Below are positions 17,845 to 26,039 of a stretch of 64,000 nucleotides of DNA, piece after piece (position 1 is the first letter of the stretch; each line of letters opens with the position of its first letter). This stretch comes from an uncultured delta proteobacterium. GTDB taxonomy: Bacteria > Desulfobacterota > Binatia > UBA9968. Where the stretch lies: NCBI GenBank assembly GCA_963816145.1, contig CAWFJP010000011.1, positions 320,001 through 384,000 on the forward strand, written 5' to 3'. The translations under genes were made by a program, and so were the position numbers. Below the pieces are notes generated by a model. That model ran no database searches. It had not been told where the DNA came from and saw only the letters and a program-made list of their open reading frames with translations.

Positions 17845-20781
17845 ATGAATTTTAGAGACTTGCCGGTAATTCGCTACTTCGCCGGGCGCCAGCGCGGCCG
17901 GCTGATGCGCGATTACTTTTTGATCTCGGTATTGCTGGTCGGCAGCGGGCTGGTGACCAGCGGCGCCATCGAGATCTACTACCGCTATCTCGAAAGCCAG
18001 GAGACCCTGGCACTGTTGCAGCGCGAGGTCGCCGCCGGCGCCGCTTTCAAGATCGAGAACTTCGTCCAAGATATTCACAGCACGCTGCGCGGCGCCACGC
18101 GCAGCCGGGAGATCGCGCCCAAGGGGCTGACCAACGATTTTCGTTTCGAGTTGGAAAAGCTTTTATTGATCGCACCGTCGATCACCGAGGCGATCGCGCT
18201 CAATCAAGACGGCGGCATCCAGGTCCAAGCATCTCGACTGCGCACGGTGCTGCCTGACGTCAAACGCGACTTCGCCAATTCACCGCCATTCCTCCAGGCC
18301 AAAAAAGGTCAATCCTACTTCGGCCCGGTTTACTTTGTGCGCGGCTCAGAGCCCTACATGACCATCGCCGTGCCCATCGAACGCTTCGCCGGCGACGTCA
18401 TCGGCGTGCTCCAGGCTGAGGTCAATCTCAAATACATCGGCGACGTGGTGTCGAATTTGAAAATCGGCCAAGCCGGCTACGCCTACGTCATCAGCCGCAG
18501 CGGCGAACTGATCGCCCACCCCGATATCAGTTTGGTCTTGCAGCGGCGTAACGTCGCCAAGTTGGAATCGACCAAAGCCGCTTTCACCCCGGCCGACCAA
18601 AGGCCAAAGCGCCAAGCTCTGGTCACGCCCAACGTCCAAGGCAAAAAAGTCTTGACCGCCTCGGCTCAAGTGAGCGGACTCGATTGGGCGGTCATCGTCG
18701 ACCGGCCGGTGGAAGAGGCCTATGAGCCGCTTTACGCGTCGGTCTTGCGCACCTCCACCGTGCTGCTATTCGGCCTCGGACTGGCGCTCATGGCGAGTCT
18801 GTTCATCGGCCGGCGCGTCGTCCGGCCGGTCGGCATCCTGCGCGAGGGGGTCGAGCGCATCGGCAAAGGCGATCTGAGCCATCGGTTGGATCTCAAAACC
18901 GGTGACGAGATCGAAGTCCTGGCCGACGAATTTAACAAAATGACTTCCCAGCTCCAGGAGTCCTACAGCAACTTGGAGCAAAAGGTCGAAGACCGCACCA
19001 AGGAATTGACCGAGTCGCTGGAGCAGCAGACCGCCACCAGCGAGATCCTGGGCGTCATCGCCAGCTCGCCGACCGACATCCAACCGGTGCTCGATGTCGT
19101 GGCTGAGAGAGCCGCGCGCTTGTGCGACGCCAGCGACGCGCAAATCCTGCGCATCAACGGTGAAATAATTCGCTGCGTCGCGGGCTTCGGCTCGCTGCCG
19201 GCGGTGCAAGACACACCGCTCAAACGCACTTGGCCCGGCAGCCGGGCGATCATCGACCGGGACACGATTCATATTCACGATCTCGCCGCGGTGGTCGATA
19301 CGGAATACCCGGATGTCAAAGCGTTTCAGCAACAGTGGGGGCACCGCACCGTGCTGGCGACGCCGTTGTTACGCGAAGGCATTCCGATCGGCGCGATTCT
19401 AATCCGGCGCATGGAAGTGCGGCCGTTCAGCGAAAAGCAGATCGCCTTACTGAGAACTTTCGCGGACCAAGCGGTGATCGCCATCGAAAACGTCCGGCTA
19501 TTCCAAGAATTGGAAACCAGAAACCGTGAAGTGACGGAATCTTTAGAGCAACAGACCGCGACCAGCGAGATCTTGGGCGTCATCGCCAGCTCGCCGAGCG
19601 ATCTGCATCCGGTCTACCAAACCATACTCGCCAACATCACGCGCCTGTGCGAGTCCAACATCGCCGCGCTGTTTCTGTGGGACGGCCAGACCCTGAGCAC
19701 CGCGGAAAGCTACGGCACCACCGAGGCGTTCGCCGCGCACTTGAGAAGCAGCCGTCCCCGTCCAGGTCATGAAACTTCCACGCGGTTGGCCGCCCTCGAA
19801 GGGCGCATCGTTCATGTCCTCGACCTATTGAACGACCCAGCCTTCGCGCCGAACCCGCGTGAACTCTATGAGCAGGAAAACGTCCGCACGGTAATTTCGG
19901 TGCCGATGCTACGGGAAAATCAATTGGTCGGAGTCATGACGACCTGGCGGCGCGAGAGCAGAGCGTTCAGCGACAAGCAGATCGCCTTGCTCAAAACCTT
20001 CGCCGATCAGGCGGTGATCGCCATCGAAAACGTCCGCCTGTTCCGCGAGCTCGGTGAGAAGAACGACCAGTTGGAAGCCGCCAACAAACACAAATCTCAG
20101 TTCTTGGCCAATGTCAGCCACGAGCTGCGCACGCCCTTGAACTCGATCATCGGCTTCACCCGCATCGTGCTGCGCCGCACCGAGGGTAAGATCGATCAAC
20201 TGCAAAAAGACAATTTGCAAAAAGTACTGGTCAGCTCCGAGCACCTGTTGAGCCTGATCAACGAACTGCTCGATCTGGCCAAAATCGAAGCCGGGCGCAT
20301 GGATGTTTACTCTGAGAACTTCAAGCTCGAAGAAGTCATGCGCATCGCCACCGCCACCGTCGAGCCCTTGCTCAAAAACGGCAACGTCAAGCTGGTTACG
20401 GAAATGCCGCCGGACTTGCCGCCACTCAAATCCGACCGCGACAAGTTGAAGCAGATTGTTTTGAATCTGCTCAGCAACTCGGCCAAATTCACTGAAAAAG
20501 GCGAGATCAAAGTCGCCGCCGTGCGCGACGACGGCATGCTCCGGCTCACGGTCTCGGACACCGGTATCGGCATGAATGCCGAAGCCCTGAAATACATCTT
20601 CGACGAGTTCCGCCAGGTCGACATGTCGACGACCCGAAAGTACGGCGGCACCGGCCTCGGCCTCGCCATCGTCAGACGTCTCGCCCAGCTCCTCGGCGGC
20701 GACATCACCGTCGCCAGCGAAGAAGGCAAAGGCTCCCAGTTCACCGTGACCATACCGATGGAGCTGAAAATACAATCGTGA
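17845..20781 (+). CDS. Sensor histidine kinase: TM-Cache-TM-HAMP-GAF-GAF-HisKA-HATPase
   Basis: Cache-like GPVYF..EPYMTIAVP, YAYVI..G.LIAHPD; HAMP DEIEVLADEFNKM; two GAF repeats ending FADQAVIAIENVRLF; SHELRTPLN; N, G1, F and G2 boxes. Confidence 0.95.
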   Translation: MNFRDLPVIRYFAGRQRGRLMRDYFLISVLLVGSGLVTSGAIEIYYRYLESQETLALLQREVAAGAAFKIENFVQDIHSTLRGATRSREIAPKGLTNDFRFELEKLLLIAPSITEAIALNQDGGIQVQASRLRTVLPDVKRDFANSPPFLQAKKGQSYFGPVYFVRGSEPYMTIAVPIERFAGDVIGVLQAEVNLKYIGDVVSNLKIGQAGYAYVISRSGELIAHPDISLVLQRRNVAKLESTKAAFTPADQRPKRQALVTPNVQGKKVLTASAQVSGLDWAVIVDRPVEEAYEPLYASVLRTSTVLLFGLGLALMASLFIGRRVVRPVGILREGVERIGKGDLSHRLDLKTGDEIEVLADEFNKMTSQLQESYSNLEQKVEDRTKELTESLEQQTATSEILGVIASSPTDIQPVLDVVAERAARLCDASDAQILRINGEIIRCVAGFGSLPAVQDTPLKRTWPGSRAIIDRDTIHIHDLAAVVDTEYPDVKAFQQQWGHRTVLATPLLREGIPIGAILIRRMEVRPFSEKQIALLRTFADQAVIAIENVRLFQELETRNREVTESLEQQTATSEILGVIASSPSDLHPVYQTILANITRLCESNIAALFLWDGQTLSTAESYGTTEAFAAHLRSSRPRPGHETSTRLAALEGRIVHVLDLLNDPAFAPNPRELYEQENVRTVISVPMLRENQLVGVMTTWRRESRAFSDKQIALLKTFADQAVIAIENVRLFRELGEKNDQLEAANKHKSQFLANVSHELRTPLNSIIGFTRIVLRRTEGKIDQLQKDNLQKVLVSSEHLLSLINELLDLAKIEAGRMDVYSENFKLEEVMRIATATVEPLLKNGNVKLVTEMPPDLPPLKSDRDKLKQIVLNLLSNSAKFTEKGEIKVAAVRDDGMLRLTVSDTGIGMNAEALKYIFDEFRQVDMSTTRKYGGTGLGLAIVRRLAQLLGGDITVASEEGKGSQFTVTIPMELKIQS

Positions 20782-21249
20782 GGGGTCAAGGGTAAAGGGT
20801 TAGGCGTTCAGATAGATTCATGGAGAAACCGCATAAGAAACTCGATGCGTGGAAAGTAGCAATGGACCTAGTCCTTGATATTTATCGTTCGATTGAAACA
20901 TTTCCCAAAGATGAAAAATACGGTCTCGTCGATCAGATTCGTAGAGCAACGATCAGCGTTCCAAGCAATATCGCAGAGGGTGCGGCGAGGCAGACAAAAA
21001 AAGAATTTGCGCAGTTTCTTCATATCGCCCAAGCATCGCTCAGTGAGTTGGATACTCAGGTCGAGCTGGCGCGCCGCCTCGGATATCTAAGTGAATCTAG
21101 TTGGCAAGATCTCGACTTGAAAATGGATAGAATCGACAAGTTGGTCACGGGACTTATCAATCACCTAAACAAGACTGAAAGGTAAAAGCGGGCCTAAGGC
21201 ATAGGGCGGCGTCCGAGATCGCCTTACCCCTTACCATTCACCCCTTACG
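20777..21249. mobile_element. Four-helix-bundle gene cassette bounded by inverted 7-mer arrays (putative insertion element)
   Basis: Left cgtgagg-ggtcaag-ggtaaag-ggttagg-cgt (contains the kinase stop codon); right cg-ccttacc-ccttacc-attcacc-ccttacg; visibly AT-richer than the flanks; splits the kinase from the adjacent receiver gene. Confidence 0.6.
20820..21185 (+). CDS. Four helix bundle protein (23S rRNA-IVP / Avd-like family)
   Basis: HKKLDAWK, FPKDEKYGL.DQIRRA.ISVPSNIAEG, FL.IA..SLSELDTQ. Confidence 0.93.
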   Translation: MEKPHKKLDAWKVAMDLVLDIYRSIETFPKDEKYGLVDQIRRATISVPSNIAEGAARQTKKEFAQFLHIAQASLSELDTQVELARRLGYLSESSWQDLDLKMDRIDKLVTGLINHLNKTER

Positions 21250-21270
21250 AATCAGTCTAAAGGAGCCTCC

Positions 21271-21636
21271 ATGGCAAAGAAAAAGATATTGGTCGTCGAC
21301 GACACTGAATTTAACCGCGACCTGGTCGTGCAACTGCTGGAAGAGGACTACGACATGGTGATCGCGGAAAATGGCGCGGAGGCTTTGACTGTAAGCGCGA
21401 AGGAACGGCCGGATTTGATCTTGATGGATCTGGGCATGCCGGTGATGGACGGCTGGGAAGCGACCCGGCGGCTCAAGGCTAACGACGAATTGAAAAATAT
21501 TCCGGTCATCGCCGTTACTTCCCATGCCATGGTCGGCGACGAGATCGAAGCACGCAAAGCCGGCTGCGACGATTATCTGCCCAAACCCATCGACGACGAA
21601 CTGCTGATGAAGAAGATCAAAAACTTCATCGGATGA
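21271..21636 (+). CDS. Single-domain response regulator (DivK/CheY-like)
   Basis: ILVVDD, PDLILMDLGMPVMDGWE, AVTSHAM.GD, GCDDYLPKP; SD AAGGAG. Confidence 0.93.
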   Translation: MAKKKILVVDDTEFNRDLVVQLLEEDYDMVIAENGAEALTVSAKERPDLILMDLGMPVMDGWEATRRLKANDELKNIPVIAVTSHAMVGDEIEARKAGCDDYLPKPIDDELLMKKIKNFIG

Positions 21637-21678
21637 TGCCATTATAGATTTTCGAATTGAGTTTGGCGGAACCAAAGT

Positions 21679-22779
21679 GTGACGGTGGCGGCTCGGTTAA
21701 CAATTTTGCAGTATGATTTACGCACTCCGCAGTTTGTAGATCCGATTAGGCAATGGGCCGCTCGGTTGTTTCCGAACTCCGACAATCCAAAATCCAAACT
21801 CCAAAATCTAAAATTGTTGAAGTTCTTTGCAATCGTTTTCCTTATCCTCCTCGGCAACACAGTCGCGGCACAGAACCCATCAAAGCTCTCTAAGATCGGC
21901 TGGCTCTCCGCCGTCTCCGGTCGCAGCCGAGGGCAAGAGGAAATTATTAGTCGGCTCCGCGAGCTCGGCTATGTCGAGGGCAAGACTGTCGTTTACGAAT
22001 TTCGCTACGCCGACACCAAGCTCGACCGTCTTCCCGCACTCGCTGGCGAGCTGGTTCGTCTTAAGGTCGATGTACTCATCGCCCCTGGTACCCCCGGCGC
22101 CCTGGCTTTGAAGAAGGCTACCAAGACGATCCCGATCGTTTTTGCCGACGTGACCGATCCGGTCGCTGCCGGATTGGTCGACAGCCTGGCCCATCCCGGC
22201 GGCAACATCACCGGCTTCAGCAGCGTCGAGTCCCTGCTCGCCGGCAAACGGTTGGAGATTCTGAAAGAAACCGTTGCAAAACTCACCCACGTTGCGGTGC
22301 TATGGGATCCACGCAATCCGAGCTCGAAGCTAGAGTGGCAAGACAGCCAGGTGGCGGCGCGCGAACTCGGCTTGCAACTTTACTCGCTGGAAGTCAGCAG
22401 CGCCGACAAGTACGAGAGCGCGTTGCGCGAGGCAAGCAAGTCCCATAGCGGCGCACTCTCCGTGCTGTCGACCCCATTGGCCGCCGCCCAACAAGAACAA
22501 ATCGTCGGCCTGGCGATGAAATACCGCCTGCCGGCGATTTATGTTCAAGAAAACTTCATCACCAGCGGCGGATTAATGTCCTATGGACCGAATCAAAGCG
22601 AACGCTACAAGCGCATCGCGGTTTTTATCGACAAGATTTTAAAGGGCGCCAAGCCCGCCGACCTCCCCGTCGAGCAGCCGACCAAATTTGAATTCATCAT
22701 CAATCTCAAGGCTGCGAAGCAAATCGGATTAACGATCCCGCCTAATGTTTTGGTCAGAGCGAACCGGGTGATTCAGTGA
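21679..22779 (+). CDS. Orphan ABC-type SBP, paralog 4 (start uncertain; N-terminus runs through a 7-mer array)
   Basis: Family motifs GYVEGK, TIPIVF..DPV..HPGGNITG, GAKPADLPVEQPTKFEF..RANRVIQ. Confidence 0.88.
   Translation: MTVAARLTILQYDLRTPQFVDPIRQWAARLFPNSDNPKSKLQNLKLLKFFAIVFLILLGNTVAAQNPSKLSKIGWLSAVSGRSRGQEEIISRLRELGYVEGKTVVYEFRYADTKLDRLPALAGELVRLKVDVLIAPGTPGALALKKATKTIPIVFADVTDPVAAGLVDSLAHPGGNITGFSSVESLLAGKRLEILKETVAKLTHVAVLWDPRNPSSKLEWQDSQVAARELGLQLYSLEVSSADKYESALREASKSHSGALSVLSTPLAAAQQEQIVGLAMKYRLPAIYVQENFITSGGLMSYGPNQSERYKRIAVFIDKILKGAKPADLPVEQPTKFEFIINLKAAKQIGLTIPPNVLVRANRVIQ
21784..21816. repeat. 7-mer array (AATCCAA-type); related copy at 25998-26024
   Basis: aatccaa-aatccaa-actccaa-aatctaa-aattg; both copies preceded by tccgac; degenerate complementary arm at ~21641-21665. 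Confidence 0.8.
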
Positions 22780-22892
22780 TAGGCTACACCAAATTCCAGC
22801 CAGACTTACCGTCGGAACGAGTGCGCTCAAAGAACCCCAGCCAAAAGTAAGGACCCAGATATTGCTAAAAAAACTATCGTTGTCAGTGCTCG

Positions 22893-23847
22893 TTGTTTCT
22901 CGTGCTCATAATTGCTGAATCGGCCCAAGCGCAGCAGGTTAAGATCCCCCGATTGGGATTTCTCATCGCCAGTTCGGCGCCGGTGCAAAAGCCGCGCTTG
23001 GAAGCGTTCCGCCAGGGGTTGCAGGCGCTGGGCTACGTTGAAGGCAAGAATATTCTGATCGATTACCGCTACGCCGAGGGCAAACCAGAGCGCTTGCCCG
23101 TCGTTGGCGGCGGAGCTGCTGCAACTGAATGTCGACATCATCGTTGCCGCTGGCGGTTCGCCGCCGGCGCAGGCGGCTAAGAACGCCACCAAAACGATCC
23201 CCATCGTCATGACCAATCCAGCCGATGCCGTCGGCGACGGACTAGTCGCCAGCCTGGCCCACCCCGGCGGTAATGTTACCGGCATCAGCACGTTTGCGCC
23301 GGAGTTGAGCGGCAAGCGGCTGGAGCTCCTTAAAGAGATGTTGCCGGGAATTTCCCGGGTGGCGGTGCTGGCCAATCGGGAGTTTCAAGGTTACGGGGCG
23401 CAGGCCAAAGAGATCGAAGCCGCGGCCCACGCTTTGGCGCTCAATTTAAAATTCGTCGAGGTGCGCGGAGCCAATGATCTCGACAACGCCTTCGCGGCGA
23501 TCTCGACGGCGCGCAGCGGCGCCATCCTGACCTTGAGCGATCCGGTGACTTTCACTCTGTTAAAACGCATCGTCGAAATGTCGATCAAGAATCGCGTGCC
23601 GTCCATGCATTTGCAGGCGGAGTACGCCGAAGCCGGCGGCATGGTTGCCTATGGACCGAGCTACGCCGAGCTGTACCGCCGCGCCGCGACCTACGTCGAT
23701 AAGATCCTCAAAGGTACGCCGCCGTCCGACCTGCCGGTCGAACAGCCGACCAAGTTTGAATTCATCGTGAATTTGAAAACCGCCAAGCAGATCGGCGTGA
23801 CAATTCCACCGAACCTACTCGTGCGGGCAGATCGGGTCATCAAATAG
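22893..23847 (+). CDS. Orphan ABC-type SBP, paralog 5 (single +1 C frameshift near 23097-23099; start uncertain)
   Basis: ORFs 22893-23180 and 23104-23847 join into one SBP (..GKPERLPSLAAELL..) if one C is removed. Confidence 0.82.
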
Positions 23848-23848
23848 C

Positions 23849-23962
23849 AGTGTTGAGGACTGAGTCAATGAGGACTGAGCTAAATTCATCTGAACGGCGA
23901 AACGGACCGGCTGACGTGTCACGACCAAGAACCTCAGCGCTCGTCGCTCGTTACTCAGTCCT
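23849..23962. repeat. Inverted 7-mer arrays (TGAGGAC/CTCAGTC-type) overlapping the start of SBP paralog 6
   Basis: agtgttgaggactgagtcaatgaggactgag ... ctcagcg-ctcgtcg-ctcgtta-ctcagtc-ct. Confidence 0.75.
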
Positions 23963-24920
23963 TTGCGTTGCGCTTAGCGCTTTGCTCTTGCCTTTTGGCT
24001 CCCCCACCAAGGCGCAGCAGCCCGGTAAAGTTCCGCGCGTCGGTATGCTCTTCATCGGTGGCCGTGACCAGCCGCACCTGGAATCGTTCAAGCAAGTCCT
24101 GCGCGAGCGCGGCTATATCGAGGGCAAGAATATCCGTTTCGAATACCGCTATGCCGAAGGCAAAGAGGATCGGCTCGATCAACTCGCCGCCGAGCTGGTT
24201 CGGGACAAAGTCGACGTGATCGTGACCACGGCATCGATCAGCGCGCTGGCGGCGCGCAAGGCGAGCCACTCGATACCGATCGTGATGACCAGCGGCAATC
24301 CGTTGGAGATGGGGCTGGCCAAGAGCCTGGCGCAGCCCGGCGGCAACGTCACGGGTCTCACGGTGATGCTGTCGGACTTGAGTAGCAAGCGATTGGAGAT
24401 CCTCAAAGACACTTTGCCCAAGATGACCCGCGTGGCCGTGCTCTGGACGCCACAGAACCGGGAATCCAGCATAGGGTTTGATGAAACGGCAGCGGCGGCA
24501 AAAGCCTTTTCCCTGCAGCTGCAAGCAGCGCCGATTCAATCCGCCAATGACTTGAACCAGGCGTTTGCGGAGATGTCCAAAGCCCAGGTCGGCGGTTTAG
24601 CCGTAATCTTATCGCCGCTCGCGACGCTCCACTCCAAACGCATTGTCGAGCTCGCTACCAAACACCGCGTGGCTGGGATATATCCGACTCGCCAATTCGC
24701 CGAGGAAGGCGGCCTGATGGCATACGGTCCCCTGATCGGCGACCTCTACCGGCGCGCCGCTGTGTATGTCGACAAGATTTTAAAAGGCGCCAAACCGGCT
24801 GATCTTCCGGTCGAGCAACCGATGAAGTTCGAATTCATCGTCAACCTCAAAACCGCCAAGCAGATCGGCGTGACGGTTCCGCCCAACGTGTTGGTGCGGG
24901 CGGATCGGGTGATCAGATAG
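23868..24920 (+). CDS. Orphan ABC-type SBP, paralog 6
   Basis: KAQQPGKVPRVG, GYIEGKNI..EYRYAEG, QPGGNVTG, GAKPADLPVEQPMKFEF..RADRVIR. Confidence 0.92.
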   Translation: MRTELNSSERRNGPADVSRPRTSALVARYSVLCVALSALLLPFGSPTKAQQPGKVPRVGMLFIGGRDQPHLESFKQVLRERGYIEGKNIRFEYRYAEGKEDRLDQLAAELVRDKVDVIVTTASISALAARKASHSIPIVMTSGNPLEMGLAKSLAQPGGNVTGLTVMLSDLSSKRLEILKDTLPKMTRVAVLWTPQNRESSIGFDETAAAAKAFSLQLQAAPIQSANDLNQAFAEMSKAQVGGLAVILSPLATLHSKRIVELATKHRVAGIYPTRQFAEEGGLMAYGPLIGDLYRRAAVYVDKILKGAKPADLPVEQPMKFEFIVNLKTAKQIGVTVPPNVLVRADRVIR

Positions 24921-24948
24921 GCGTGAGCCATGAGGCGCGAGGCTTGAG
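24918..24948. repeat. 7-mer array (GAGGCGT-type), single arm starting in the SBP stop codon
   Basis: taggcgt-gagccat-gaggcgc-gaggctt-gag; same family as 4994-5082. Confidence 0.7.
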
Positions 24949-24970
24949 TTAAATCCGCGGAGTGAAATTC

Positions 24971-25946
24971 ATGATGCAAAAAATATGTGGCTTGTTAATG
25001 GCAACTGTGTTGCTATCACCCGTTTCTGGTGCCGCCGCGCAGCCGGAGAAAATCCCGCGCATCGGTGTAATCCATATGGGCGGCGTGCTTGGCACGGTGG
25101 CCGACGGCTTGCGCGCGGGGCTGAAAGAGTTGGGGATTGAAGATGGCAAACAGATCGTCCTGGACGTCCAGGATCTCAAGGGCGACGCCAAGGGTGCCGA
25201 AAGCCTGGCGCAAAAGTTTGAGCAGGACAAGGTCAAATTGATTTTCACCAACACCCAGCCGGTGACTACGGCAGCGATGAAGGCGACCAAGAATGTGCCG
25301 ATCGTGTTTGCCGTCGGCACCGATCCAGTGGCACACGGTTACGTTCAGAGCTTCGCCAGACCGGGCAGCCGGCTCACCGGCATCCACTACCTGGCGCGAG
25401 ATCTCACCGACAAGCGCCTGGAGATTCTTAAAGAGTTTCTCCCCAAACTGCGCACGATAGTCACATTCTACGATCCGAACGAATGACGTCTCGGTCCAAG
25501 CCGCAAAAATCGGACGCGACGAGGCGCAGAGGCAAAATGTCAAATTCATCGAGCGAAAAATCAAGTCCATTGACGAACTCAAAGCCGAGCTCGACGGCGT
25601 CAAGGCCGGCGAGTTCGATGCCTACCTATATGTCGCCGACGCCAGAGTGGCGAGCCAGGCGCAGCTCGTCATCGATACAGCGAGCGCCAAGAAATTGCCG
25701 ACCATGTTTCACGATCAGGCTTTGGTCGCGAGCGGCGCCCTGGCGAGCTATGGCCAGAGTTATTTCGAGATCGGCCGGCGCTCGGCGAAGTACGTGCGCC
25801 AGATTCTCAACGGCGTTTCACCCGCCGATCAGCGAGTGGAGACCATCGAAGATGTCGAGCTCGCGTTTAACTTGAAAACCGCCAAGGAAATCGGCGTGAC
25901 GATCCCGCCGAACGTGCTCACGCGCGCGGCCAAGGTGGTGCGGTGA
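24971..25946 (+). CDS. Orphan ABC-type SBP, paralog 7 (single +1 A frameshift near 25478)
   Basis: Removing one A gives continuous ..FYDPTNDVSVQAAKIGRDEA..; C-terminus NLKTAKEIGVTIPPNVLTRAAKVVR. Confidence 0.82.
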
Positions 25947-26039
25947 TTAGCCACACGTGAACAACCGTCACACCGGCGCTCTGCAATCTTTGTCCGACAA
26001 TTCAAAATCGAAACAATTCAAAATGGTAATGGGTGATTT

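Noticed and set aside
20820-21185. Diversity-generating retroelement suggested by Avd-like proteins
   Set aside because: No reverse transcriptase, and no template/variable repeat pair with adenine-specific mismatches, was seen in the window.
23097-25486. Programmed frameshifting or phase variation in SBP genes
   Set aside because: The runs are only 2-4 nt with no slippery heptamer or long SSR, and the same +1 pattern hits unrelated genes, which favours sequencing error.
13549-25946. Classical integron
   Set aside because: No IntI integrase and no attC-type RYYYAAC...GTTRRRY palindromes were recognised; the conserved site lies inside the SBP coding end.
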